From Octopus vulgaris (taxonomy: Eukaryota), in the NCBI GenBank assembly GCA_951406725.2, contig OX597821.1, forward strand, positions 94,364,001 to 94,428,000: DNA of 64,000 bases. The letters are read 5' to 3'. The notes under the pieces are model-generated. The model had not been told where the DNA came from, searched no databases, and saw only the letters and a program-made list of their open reading frames with translations. This document shows, piece by piece, positions 52,046 to 64,000 of the stretch (position 1 is its first letter; every line of letters starts with the position of its first letter). The translations under genes and the position numbers were made by a program.

Positions 52046-52898
52046 TTCACAAAGCAACTATAATGGAGACTGAAATGAAGAAGCAATGCAAATATAAAGA
52101 GTTTAATTAGAAAAGAAATTCGGCAACAAAATGTAAACAAGGCTGCATGACTTATACACATCCATGGTACAGCACCTATAGCACGTAATATAACAATACA
52201 ACAGAAAACTACAAAACGACACAAAGATTCTGCACATACTTGAGGGAGACGCAAGCTGGGAGCGGTTGTGTTTAGAAAGCATGCAATAGCAATTAAAATG
52301 CCGATATAATAATATAATCTTTGTCGCCAATTCGTCCTGGAAACCGAGGAATTATAACGCAATAAGATGCGTAGTCACATAATTAATGAATTGAAATAAT
52401 TGCGAAATTTCTATTCGATGTTAGATCCAGCAAGAATTTTTCCTTATTATGTAATTTAAAGGCTTGTGTCTTTTCTCCGTATAACTAAATTGAAGAGTTA
52501 AATTTCTGAATTTTCTGAGAACAAATGGCGTCTTCAGCAAAACAGTCAAGCGTTGATCGCTCAGACAGAAAAGGTTTTGCACAAAACTATACAAAATTTC
52601 TTCTAAACAAGTGAAAATATAAAACAGAAAATTGTTGAAATATTCTAGATAATTTAACATTGGGCTACAATTAAGTGGTTGGCGGTGGCTTTATAGATTA
52701 CTTTTTAAACATGTAGGTGAAAAGTTCAAAACAGTTTGAGGAACGGGCAAAAAGTTTTGCGATTGTTTCTCAGTTAAAATACCACCAATGTCGAGTTTGT
52801 GGATAAAATAAAATATCCGCTGAGTATTGCCATCGATTTAATCCACTTTACCCTCTCATAAAAACTTTCTGATTGTGTAGCTGTATTAGAAATCATTT

Positions 52899-53318
52899 GA
52901 AAGATGGCAGAATCCCCAAGGACATACTCTACGGAGAGCTTGCTAGGGGTACTAGGTCTGTGGATAGACCGCTCTTACGTTACAAGGATGTTTGCAAAAG
53001 GGACATGAAGGCCTGCAACATCAATATTAACGATTGGGAGGCGGTTGCCGGCAACCGTGGAGACTGGCGACGTACCGTAAGAGAGGGAATACAAAGGAGT
53101 GACAGAGAGAGAGAGAGGAGAAATGGAAAGACGAGAAAATACGTCAACAAGAAACTATGGCATTACAACCAGCCAGGAACAGTCTTCGCTACATTTGCGG
53201 TACCTGCCAGAGGGAGTGTTTGTCCAGGAAATGTATCAGGACATGAAATGTAAAAGCCGGACTAGACTACTTTATGCGCAACTCCATTGTCTCCCGAGAC
53301 AAAAAGGATGCCAACCAC
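52899..53318 (+). mobile_element. 5'-truncated RTE (BovB-like) LINE with 14-bp TSD
   Basis: DGRIPKDILYGELARGTRSVDRPLLRYKDVCKRDMK...WRRTVREG. Tail ccattgtctcccgagac. TSD attagaaatcattt at 52885-52898 and 53319-53332. Confidence 0.9.
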
Positions 53319-53839
53319 ATTAGAAATCATTTAAGCAAGGAATTGAGGCGATCTTCATACCAGATATACGATGTCAATGTGGTTTATGTTGAATTTGAAT
53401 TCTGCAGTGTTTTAGAGAGAAAATAAACTGTCGGTGGAGGGGGATTACCAGAGGGATGCTATTCTAGGGAGAAAACTCGGGCAACATGTTTCGTTCAGAT
53501 TTTGGTGGATGTGTTGTAGTGAGGAACATGAATGATGAATTGGGGGAACTGGGTGGATATTGCTTCAATCGTGGCGGGCAACTGTATTATTTCAGGGAGA
53601 AGCCGTTATGAAAGCAGCGTAAGTGAGAGGGTGAGTGGGGAGAAGATTAATGTTGCAGATTTGTTACTACAAATTGCCATGTGCTGGTGAATGAATTTCA
53701 TCTACTCACACAGATATGGGAAAGTATAAAATCTAGAATATTTGAGTAGCAATAGATTCCTTTTACACGCACCAGCTCTGTAGCATGACTGTAGTATTGT
53801 TACATATACCAATACTATGCTATTTATTTATGGCTATAA

Positions 53840-54040
53840 TGGCAGCGAGCTGGCTGAATGCCTATCATGCCGGACAACATACTTAGCAGGACTTCTTCCG
53901 ACTCTTTACGTTTTGAGAACAAAACCCGCTTAGGTCGACTTCGCTTTTCATCCTTCCGGGGTCGATAAAATAAGAATCAGTTTAAAAATGGGGTCGATGC
54001 AGTAATTCGGTCTCCTCAAAATTCTGACCTTGTTCTAGCA
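53840..54040 (+). mobile_element. Diverged SINE family B
   Basis: ggcagcgagctggctgaa...gtcgacttcgcttttcatccttccggggtcgataaaataag. Confidence 0.75.
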
Positions 54041-55075
54041 AATGGAAAACAAATTAAGTGTATCTGTTAAGAACATGGAACTTGATGTGAACCATTGATC
54101 GTTCGGTTTGTACACTTACTAACCCAGTAATTGATGTGTCAGCTATAAGACTATGATTTAAATTAAGAAGATATTGCTAAGCTACAAATTCCATTATTGA
54201 AATAAAAAAAAAATTGCGAAAAAGAAGTATTTTCGTCTTATGTAAATCCCCCATCCGTTTTATTTATTTATTTTTTAATTATTTGTTCCAAGAAATTCTC
54301 GGTATTCTTGAAGATGTTGATGTCATCAACTTTGACAGATTACATTTGGTTTGGCGGTTCTACTAAAGAGAGACTTCCTGACATCCTAACTTAGTATATC
54401 CAAACCTTCTTTAGGTTTTAATAAATCAATTTCTAATTAAAGGGGCATACAGTTTAAACCAATTGACGCGAAATAAATGTATAAAAATATATGAAATGTA
54501 TATTTAAGAAAAAGACCTAACAAGGAAATAATAATAATAATTAAATGACACCTCTAATGAAACTGAAGAAGAAGAAAAAAACTCTCTTTAAAACAAATAG
54601 CAATTTATGAAAATTCAGTCCACATTTTCTACCATTTCATGTTATAGTACAGATGATTCAAGATTATGTTAGTTTGACATCTCTTGAAAAGAATAATATT
54701 TTTAAGTGGAAACATTCATGTAATAAAAAACAGAAAACACTCGACATACACGTTTGATTATCTAATAAATATATAAATCAAGAATATGAAAAAGAAAAAC
54801 CGTGATAAAAGGGTAGGTAAAAAGGAAGAGAAAAAACTGGAAAGATAAACTGAAGGTCATTGAGGATAATATTTTTAATTTAACGGATGAACTAATAAAA
54901 AAATAGTTCTTACATCCAAAAAGGAAGTCCATTTTATAAATGAAAGAATCCAATATTTCGGAAAGGATTGGCAACATGTTTTCTCATGTGTGTGTATGTT
55001 CAAAGTGCATGTATGTATGCATGTATGTACAAAGTGTATGTACAAAGTGTATGTATGTATGCATGTATGTATGTT

Positions 55076-55497
55076 TGTCATTATTCAGTTGTATTTCAAG
55101 ATCTTTTGCTAATAGAGAAAGGGCCAGTTTCTAACTTAGATCCAAAGCTCCTTCATTGAAATTTCCTCAACATCAGCAAGGTATTTATATATGTATATGT
55201 GCAGATATGTATCTTTTGTTTTATGCATGTATTCTCATGCATAGAGTTGCATGTGTAGACATGCTCATGTCTATTGAAATGATAAACTTCTGGAAAGTTT
55301 CACAGATTTTAACAGTTCTACTGATGGATTGGATCTATAGTCTTCAAATCAGCTTTGGCCTTTCTGATTTTGAGAAGCTTAATTTCTCAAGATTGGTATT
55401 TAGGCAGTGTGTTGCATATCCCAGTGTCCCGATAGTTACAGGTATAAACCTAAACTTGTAATCTGGATAGAGTAGCTGTAAATTCCTCAATAGTTCA
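55076..55497 (-). mobile_element. 3' end of a restriction-like-endonuclease LINE embedded in (TATG)n
   Basis: ELLRNLQLLYPDYKFRFIPVTIGTLGY resembles the IPVIVGALG block of the 46364 element. TATG-type repeats on both sides. Confidence 0.7.
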
Positions 55498-55921
55498 CGT
55501 ATGTATGTATGCATGTATGTATACATATAGACATACATATATTATATACATACAAAGTTGATAGATAGATAGATAAATATATAGATAAAGAGCCATACGT
55601 ATATCATACTAAATGCATACACACTGTTGGAAGGCTTGAAGCTTTGGAGATGTCTGCGATAAAACTTCTTCATAGACTTGTGTAGGAAACGCATCGAGAA
55701 CGACAGACATAGTTCGCCTTTGTTGAAGTTTTTCAAGGACGTGCATTCGATTGTTACCGACTTAAAAGAAGTTCTTGGTTCGATATTACTGGAAACAGTG
55801 AATAAAATACATGTATGTGCAGTATATGTGTCTGTATCTGTTAGTGTCTGTATTTGCCTATAATATGTATACATGTAGAACGTTAACTCGTGTACACACA
55901 CATACACTCACACACACACAC

Positions 55922-55969
<48 letters not shown>

Positions 55970-56469
55970 TTACATGTGTATATATAAAACAATAAAACAG
56001 GTGATAAAGACGGAAAATGGAATTCACAGGAAAACTTTATTGCTCACAACGATCGTTTCGACACATCTTGCATCGATCTCTCGCGGGTAGGAAACTACAC
56101 AACTAGTTGTGGTGCATCCCTTGTTATAGGAAGTATCTCGTTAAATGAACACTGTTTCGCTCGGATTTAATACAGCATCTTTTTAGTGTCCGAAGGTTTA
56201 AGCCGTTGGGCAGGAATGGATGACGCCAGGTAGCCATATATTCATTTGTTGTCCTAGATACGTTATCACCATAATCAGATACGGACTGCATCACTGCATT
56301 ACTTCAGTGCATCACTATCTCTCTATATTTGTTTTTATTATCCGTTCACGTAATTCTAAGGTTTTATTTCCCTCTCTTCCTATTCATTTTGCCTTCTGTT
56401 AAGAATCTTTGTGATCCTTTTTCTTTTGTTTGTTTTTGCTTGCTTTTTTGTAATTATACCTTTTTGAGA

Positions 56470-56711
56470 CACACGGTACATTGGTATGTGTAGCCAAAAC
56501 GACCAAAATGTTTTTATGCGGAGATTGTAAATGATGGGTGCATGTAGAAAATAAAAGATAAAGTGCCTAAAACTACTTTATTAATATGTAAAACCATTTA
56601 TGTTATTTAGTTTTATATTATATCTACTGAAAGACGATCTCTGGTTGGCTATTACACTTCAAAACGTTTGTTACATTGGGTCGATCAGTCAACCCGGGTG
56701 CCACAAGAAGG
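56470..56711 (+). mobile_element. Probable piggyBac right-end remnant
   Basis: Cys-rich coding tail CVAKTTKMFLCGDCK*, subterminal GGGTCGATCAGTCAACCC and terminus AAGG|TTAA. Confidence 0.45.
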
Positions 56712-56719
56712 TTAAGTGT

Positions 56720-57442
56720 CCAAAATACTTAATGCTATTTCATTGATGGCGACCAATGAAATTTATCCCTTTTTGTATAGTCTTGTGACTAGTAACGAAA
56801 AATGGATCTTATATCGAAATGTTAGACGTCGTAAACAGTGGCTTGGTAAAAGGTAAAAAGCTCAACCACAACCGAGAAGGGAACTTCATGGGAAAAAGGT
56901 TCTTCTCTGTCTGGTGGGATTGCAAAGGAGTAATTCACTTTGAATTGTTACCACCTAATGCAACAATCAATGTTCAAGTTTACTGTCAGCAATTAGAGAG
57001 TTTGAACCAAGCTTTGAAGAAAAAAAAAGACCCACTTCAGTGAATCGAAAAGGAGTGATGTTTCATCAGGACAATGCGCGACCCCATACTGCAAATATCA
57101 CATCACAGAAGATCAAAGAGCTTGGTTGGGAAAAAACTCCTCATCCACCTTATTCTCCCGACTTTGCTCCTTCAGATCTACTGTTTGTTTCGTAGTTTAC
57201 AGAATCATTTGGGGGACATAACTTTCGCAAGCCAGGAGGAGGTCGAAACTGACATTTCAGAGTTCTTCGCTTTGAAACCAAAAGAGTTTTACATTGATGG
57301 GATTAAAAAGCTTGAAAATAGATGGAAGGAAGTCATAGATAATCAGGGAAAGTACAGTGATGATTAAATTTCAATTAAATATAATATTTGCTCACTTGTT
57401 TTCTTTATTCAAAATTCGGACAGAACTTATGGGATGACCTGA
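56720..57442 (+). mobile_element. 5'-truncated, frameshifted mariner element
   Basis: LVTSNEKWILY, SVWWDCKGVIHFELL, FHQDNARPH and HPPYSPDFAPSD. Right TIR ...GAACTTATGGGATGACCTGA|TA. Confidence 0.9.
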
Positions 57443-57950
57443 TAAAAAAATGATTAGCTTGTATCTGTTTTAATAAATGGTTCGTATATATATTTTCACG
57501 TCTTGTATTTGATTTTCCACTTCAGTATTGAAATGTTTAAAATTTATATGCTTTTAAATAACATTAAAAAAATATCTTTACGCCGCTGAGACCGGCATAA
57601 AATCGAATATATTGAGGTTTATTATTTTTTTTTTCCATTAATTTCTTTAAAAAAAACAACGTAACATTGAAGAAGACGTAACTCGAAACGGCGTAAGTTG
57701 AGGTATGCTCTATTCGTTTTTGTGTTTTGTCTTGGATATTCTCAAATGTTTATGCTCAAATCTCAAAAGCTGAGGTACAGCAACAGAACTTAACAATAAA
57801 ACGTAGTGGAACAGCAACATAACAAAACCATCGCTCAGTTTAACTGCTCTACCAGGTCTTCAGTAATTTTTTAATGGAGTTTACTAAAACCAGAACCCTG
57901 GTTTCCTTCCATTCAACGTTATTTCCGCTGAAATTAATTGACTTGTTGAT

Positions 57951-58337
57951 GGGGAAGCACTCCGTCGGTTACGACGACGGGGGTTCCGGTTGATCCGAAT
58001 CAACGGAACAGCCTGCTCGTGAAATTAACGTGTAAGTGGCTGAGCACTCCACAGACACGTGTACCCTTAACGTAGTTCTCGGGGATATTCAGCGTGACAC
58101 AGAGAGTGACAAGGCCGGCTCTTTGAAATACAGGTACAACAGAAACAGGAAGTAAGAGTGAGAGAAAGTTGTGGTGAAAGAGTACAGCAGGGATCACCAC
58201 CATCCCCTGCCAGAGCCGCGTGGAGCTTTAGGTGTTTTTGCTCAATAAACACTCACAACGCCCGGTCTGGGAATCGAAACCGCGATCCTATGACCGCGAG
58301 TCCGCTGCCCTAACCACTGGGCCATTGCGCCTCCACT
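57951..58337 (-). mobile_element. SINE family C' with 10-bp TSD
   Basis: TSD acttgttgat at 57941-57950 and 58338-58347. Confidence 0.92.
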
Positions 58338-58486
58338 ACTTGTTGATACTGAGGTTGGGTATCAGTTGCTTCAGTTTCGTAGTTTACGAATCCCAGTACA
58401 AATTGTTGCACAACAATCGGCTCAAGTAGGGTCCTGATGCAAAGGTAGCTAGTAAAGAAACAAATTAGTCATATAGTTTAGCTGTA

Positions 58487-58966
58487 TAAAGGCGGCGAGC
58501 TGGCAGAAACGTTAGCACGCCAGGCGAAATGCGTAGCCATATTTCGTCTGCCGTTATGTTCTGAGTTCAAATTCTGCCGAGGTCGACTTTGCCTTTCATC
58601 CTTTCGGGTCGATAAATTAAGTACCAGTTACGCACTAGGGTTGATGTAATCGGCTTAACCCGTTTGTCTGTCCTTGTTTGTCCCCTCTGTGTTTAGCCCC
58701 TTGTGGGCAGTAAAGAAATATATATCCAGCCATGGAATTCTTGATTTGAAAGCGTCGAGCTGGCAGAGACGTTAGCACGCCGGACGAAATGCGTAGCCGT
58801 ATGTTCTGAGTTCAAATTCCGCCGAGGTCGACTTTGCCTTTCATCCTTTCGGGGTCGATAAATTAAGTGCCAGTTACACACTAGGGTTGATGTAATCGAC
58901 TTATTCCGTTTGTCTGTCCTTGTTTGTCCCCTTTGTGTTTAGCCCCTCGTGGGCAGTAAAGAAATA
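58487..58966 (+). mobile_element. Dimeric SINE family B within one TSD
   Basis: Two head-to-tail copies with a ~30-bp spacer. catata(g/a)tttagctgta at 58470-58486 and 58967-58983. Confidence 0.85.
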
Positions 58967-59789
58967 CATATAATTTAGCTGTACACTATGTATCTTTCTT
59001 GGAAATGGAGACAACTACGTAGTTTTGAAATCGATCCCAGTATCTGACACTTTAGAAAACTTTCTTCTATTCTAGTCTCGAACGGATTAAATCATTGTGA
59101 GATTAAATATAATAAATGAAAGCCTATCGATAAGATTGCTTTTGTTCTTAGGTGGTTCAATTAATCCAATTCATGGTTTAGTGACACCGCCAGTCCTTGG
59201 ATCCCTTTTAGAAAGTCCTATCTTTTGCAAGTATTTGGGCTAGGTTTCCGCTCTAAAAATAGTTTCCCCACTTTCTTCCGTCAGCCTCAAAGAGTCTGAA
59301 AAGGGTCATGGGTACTTGTCTTCCGACTCTGACTAATAGACTATAAAAATAAAACAAAACAAAAGCATGTGGTTCTCATTCGAAGAGCTACAGGGAGTTT
59401 GTTGACATAAACATTTATTTACTGAACAAGTCAAGTGTCTATATGGAAACTCCTTCATCTGAATTTACCTTCGGGTATTTCCTCAACAACTTCCCTCCCA
59501 TTTTTCCATACAGAGACCACCATAGATGTTTTAGTTATCTTTCTTGTAAACACAACTAAACATCTACGGTGATCTCCTCTCTACTGAGACATCGAGTGAG
59601 CCTGTATGTAGCCACTTGATGTGCTATAAATAACAGACAAATCTAATTCAAATCTCATCTTACCGTCTTAAAAAAGGGAAGGACACATATTGGACAACGT
59701 AATTCTAAATTACAGTATGGCTTACAAAAGAGACCCAATGGCCGCTGCTTAAATACTTTCTTACATATGTCTTGATCAATCAGTGCTTA

Positions 59790-60370
59790 CTAAGATCTTG
59801 CGACGAAGAGCAAATTTGACCTCAGCGGCGTTTGAACTAAGAACATAAGAAGCAGAAAGAAACATTGCAAAGCATGTTGTCCTGCGTGCTCATGATTGTT
59901 CCAGCTCACTGCCTTCTTCATAATCCTTTCTATTAAAGGCACAAGGTCTGAAATTTTAGGGGAAGGGACTAGTCGATTACATCGACCCAGTATACAACTG
60001 GTGCTTGTTTTATCGACCCCGAAAAGGATGAAAGGCAAAGTCGACTTCGGCGGGCTTTGAACTCGGAACTTGAAGATGGGATGAAATACCGCCAAGTATT
60101 TTTCCCGGTGTGCTAACGATTTTGCCAGCTCGTCGCCTTGTGCTTTAATAATAATAAATCTTTGTACTAAAGGCACACGGCTCGAAATTTAGGGAGATTA
60201 GTAAATTACATCAACCCCAATACTCAACTGGTAACTATTTTATCGACCCCCGAAAGTAAGAAAGGCAAAGTCGACGTCGAGGTTTTTTGAACTCAGAACG
60301 TAAAGCTAGGAAAAGTTCCGGCAAGCATTTTATCTGTCGTGTTAAAGATTCTGCCAACTCACCGCCTTGA
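59790..60370 (-). mobile_element. Tandem cluster of diverged SINE family B copies
   Basis: Three successive cores at about 59800-59915, 59930-60140 and 60160-60370. Confidence 0.75.
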
Positions 60371-60420
60371 TAATCCTGAAAATTTTGCGGGGAGGCGCTG
60401 GGCAATTATATCAACCTGAA

Positions 60421-60735
60421 GTTTTATTTATGCACCCTTTTCAAGCCTAGCCAGGCTCATGGGCACGGTTTCCCGGTTTCTATGGCGTATATGTTCCCCC
60501 CAGCTGGACGGGACGCCAGTCCATCGCAGCGTTACTCAAGAAACAAGAAGAAAGAGTGAGAGAAAGTTGGGGCGAAAGAGTACAACAGGGGTCACCACCA
60601 CCCCCTGCCGGAGCCTCGTGGACCGTTAGGAGTTTTCGCTCAATAAACACACGCAACACCCGGTGTGCGAATCGAAACCGCGATCCTCCGACCGCGAGTC
60701 CGCTGCCCTAACCACTGGGCCATTGCGCCTCCACC
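60421..60735 (-). mobile_element. SINE family C with 11-bp TSD
   Basis: TSD atcaacctgaa at 60410-60420 and 60736-60746. Homolog of 3225-3530. Confidence 0.9.
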
Positions 60736-60821
60736 ATCAACCTGAATAACTGATAGTTATTTTATCGATTCTGAGAGGATGAAAGGTAAAATCAAAATCG
60801 TCGTTATTGGAACTCAACATA

Positions 60822-62113
60822 CGAGGGGCGTTCAATAAGTAATGCTCCTGACCCACTTCCCATAGCAGTAAAGTAACGAAACTTGGCACAGTTATTAGTC
60901 TTTTTCTACATAGGAACCACCCAGAGTTACGCATTTCACCCATCGTTTGATGCAGCTCTGGAGGCCGTTTTTGTAGAAGACCCCAGCTTGGTCCTCCAAC
61001 CACGACGTGACTTCAGAAATCAAGGCTGCATCATCTGGGAAACGCTTTCCTTTCAAAAACAACTTCATGGCTGGGAAGAGGTGAAAATCAGAGGGTGCAA
61101 GGTCAGGAGAGTAGTGGGGATGGGGGAGGAGTTCATAGCCGCATGTCTGTGCTTCTGATCTGGCGACATGCGAGTTGTGGACCGGAGCGTTGTCCTGCAG
61201 GAGGAGGATGCCTTTGCTGATCTTGCCCCGCCTCTTGATTTTGATAGCTTCTCTTAATTTCCTCAAAAGTGAAGCATAATAGGCTCTTGTAATTGTGGTA
61301 CTCTTTGCCAGAAAATCTGTCATCACTACTCCGTCCTGGTCCCAGAAGACTGTGAGCATGACCTTGCCAGCGGAGGGCTGCACCCTTGCCTTCTTTGGAG
61401 GAGGTGAGTCACGGTGCTTCCACTTCATTGACTGGGCTATGGTCTCTGGATCATAGTGATAGACCCAGGTTTCATCCTGTGTAATCAGTCTTTTGAAAAA
61501 TGTTGACTCATCTTCTTGGCACATCTCCAAATTCATCCTCGAGCACTCGACGCGTTCTTGCTTCTGGAAAGGTGTGAGCAACCTGGGAATCCATCTGGCA
61601 GACACCTTTTGCATATGCAAATGGTCATGAATGATAGTTTCCATAGACCTGGTACTAATTTTGACCTCATGGGCTACTTGGCGAATAGTTATGTGTCGAT
61701 CTTCCAAAATGGCAGCCTCAACTTGACGGACAGACGTCTCATCAACGGCAGAAGGGGGCGACCAGATCTGGGAGCTGTTTCCACAGAGTTCCGATTATGT
61801 TTGAATTCACAATGCCAGCGTTTTACAAGGTCATATGATGGGGCATCATCACCATAAGTTACTTTCATTTCATCAAAAGTCTCCCGTGGTGTGCGTCCTT
61901 TCAAATACAAAAACCAGATCACAGCTCGACCCTCAACAGGCTCCATTTCACACTTGACTCAGTTCAAACACCTGTAAATCAGAAACCACAATTAGTTCAG
62001 AGCTGTAAATTTCCACTTAATCTATAGAGCTATAAATAATTGCACATGCAAAATTTCAGCTAGATCAAACAACTGCAAGTGGGTCAGGGGCATTACTTAT
62101 TGAACGTCCCTCG
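60822..62113 (-). mobile_element. Full-length mariner transposon (1292 bp)
   Basis: TIRs TA|CGAGGGGCGTTCAATAAGTAATGC.CCTGACCCACTT and AAGTGGGTCAGGGGCATTACTTATTGAACGTCCCTCG|TA, with a TA TSD. Confidence 0.97.
60895..61946 (-). pseudogene. Mariner DD34D transposase with one apparent frameshift (about 61750)
   Basis: N-terminal HTH ORF 61689-61946 ends ...APRSGRP. ORF 60895-61707 carries WIPRLL, TQDETW, LQDNAPVH and YSPDLAPSD. Confidence 0.92.
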
Positions 62114-63414
62114 TAAAACCTGAAGAAATGCCGCTAAGCATTTTCCCCGGCATTCTAACGATTCTGCCAGCTCGCCGCTTATTAATAATGGTTTCAAATT
62201 TTGTCGCAAGGCCAGTAATTTCCGAGGGTAGGAATGGAATAAGGCGATTACTTCGTCCCCAGTACTCAACTGGTACGTATTTCACCGACCCCGAAAGGAT
62301 AAAAGGCAAAGACGACCTTGGCGGAATTTGAACTCAGAACGTATAGACGGATGTCATACCGCTAAACAATTTGCCCGCCGTGTTAATACACGGCCAGTTC
62401 ACCGTCTGGACAAGATAAATACTAATAGCAGATCAGTCATTACATTGTCTTTCTCTCTGCTATAACATGGGTTCGCACAAATCGTGAAGTAACAGCTTTA
62501 CAAATAAACGACCAATCCTTTCCATGTGTTTTAGACTTAATCCGTCATGCAGTTTAACCATGGCAAGACGAATCTAGACTGCTGGACTTTAGTTTTAGAT
62601 AGATCTATCTAGCACATATTCTTGATAGCTAGTTGCCGAATGAAGTTGAACACTCCCGACTGGTTCTGGTAATTTTTTCTTAACAGCTAGGTTGACTGAC
62701 TGACGGGTACTAACTATCTGAGATTGAACATTTTCTCGTTGTTCTGGTATGTATTACTGAGAAATAAATGAACAATTGCAGCCTCTGGCCTTAAGACTGA
62801 AACTTCCCAGATTAATCTTGTATCTATTCCTGACAGCTACGTGGGGTAAGGAAAGATAAAATAAAATAATTCTTACAAGAAACACACCTAAACATCTGCA
62901 ATTGTCTCCGTTTTCAAAACAGCAGGGAATTCGTAAAAAAAAAAAAAAAGAAAGCGCAAAAACAAAACAAAATAAAGCAAAAATAAAACATTGATTAGTA
63001 TATTTGAACAGGTCGAGTTAGTTCTGGAATTGGGGGCGGACTTTAACATTGGTAACGAGGCCACGTTGGTGGTCTTGGGTACAAAAAAAATAATAATGAT
63101 AAAATGTTGTAGAACACTGTTGAAAGGATATTACACAGAAAATGTCTGAATTTTGTTGCTTCTTATGTGTGCTGTGTGTCTGTTTATTTTTTGTTATTTG
63201 GTTATCTTCGGCATTTTTTTTTTTTGCGTATGAAGGCATGTATGTGAGCATGTGCGTGCGTGTTTGCGAATATTTGTACATGCGAGCGTTTGTGTGTGAG
63301 ACATTATGTGTCTATGTGTATGTATACGTGAGGGAGACCGGGTATAAAGGGATGTCATATTCGCTAACACTTAATCACATATTTCCGGGATGTTAAGTAT
63401 TTAAGTGTCTACGC

Positions 63415-63670
63415 TCATGACGGTGCGAATGATGATGACGATGGGGCTGGCGATGAGGAAGGTGGGGACGAGAAAGATGATTGTGATGGTTGTGTCGATT
63501 GAGATGCTGATGATGACGACGGTAATGGGGCGGAGGATGAAGATAGTGAGGACGGGAATGAAAATAATGATCCTGATGATGATGATTGAGACGATGGTGG
63601 TGGTGGTGGTGGTGGTGGTAAGAATGGCAGTAGTGGTGGCAAGAATCTTGCCAGTCATGATGGTGATGTT
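63415..63670. repeat. Degenerate (GAT/GGT)n low-complexity tract
   Basis: Direct reading. Confidence 0.8.
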
Positions 63671-63743
63671 CTTGTTGCTTAGCCTCAAATCAGACCTGAC
63701 AGAGCAGACCAATGATGAATAAATTTTTCAACGATAAACACCA

Positions 63744-63784
<41 letters not shown>

Positions 63785-63786
<2 letters not shown>

Positions 63787-63850
63787 TCTTTTACTTGTTT
63801 CAGTCATTTGACTGCGGCCATGCTGGAGCACCGCCTTTAATCGAGCAACT
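63785..63850 (-). mobile_element. SINE family A 3' fragment
   Basis: tactcttttacttgtttcagtcatttgactgcggccatgctggagcaccgcc. Confidence 0.85.
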
Positions 63851-64000
63851 CGGGATCTTTTCAGTTTGAAGGCCAGATTTTCTTAGTTAACTACACAATT
63901 TGAAACTTCGTATACTGGTAGAATGTGTCAAAAGAAAACATAATTGTAAACCAAAATGAAAACGGAATTGTAATTTCTAAGTTTAACGTTGTTTAATAAT

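Noticed and set aside
55600-55810. Non-repetitive block with a 61-aa ORF
   Set aside because: No ATG start, no recognisable homology and no convincing splice sites.

Overview
AT-rich eukaryotic DNA saturated with repeats. I found no credible host protein-coding gene, so the window is probably intronic or intergenic. The SINE families and dense (TA)n/(CA)n/(TATG)n/(TCTA)n/(TAA)n tracts are most consistent with an octopod cephalopod genome (inference from recalled repeat families). The window holds dozens of copies of at least four modular tRNA-derived SINE families, many with target-site duplications (TSDs). It also holds two Penelope-like elements (RT/GIY-YIG), R4/Dong-type, Tx1/L1, RTE and CR1-like LINE fragments, a near-intact and two partial mariner elements, several MITEs and Helitron/Helentron derivatives, and a 22 x 63-bp minisatellite with higher-order structure. 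The most notable signals are: (1) a dispersed set of minimal type-I hammerhead-ribozyme motifs, including U3:A8 core variants, in Penelope termini and in short cassettes lodged in (TA)n tracts; (2) an ORF1-only (HAL1-like) retroelement inserted with a 15-bp TSD in the tRNA-like head of a SINE; (3) restriction-like-endonuclease LINEs sitting in two different microsatellites; (4) a 250-bp foldback MITE with an 8-bp TSD. Coordinates were counted by eye and may be off by a few bases.
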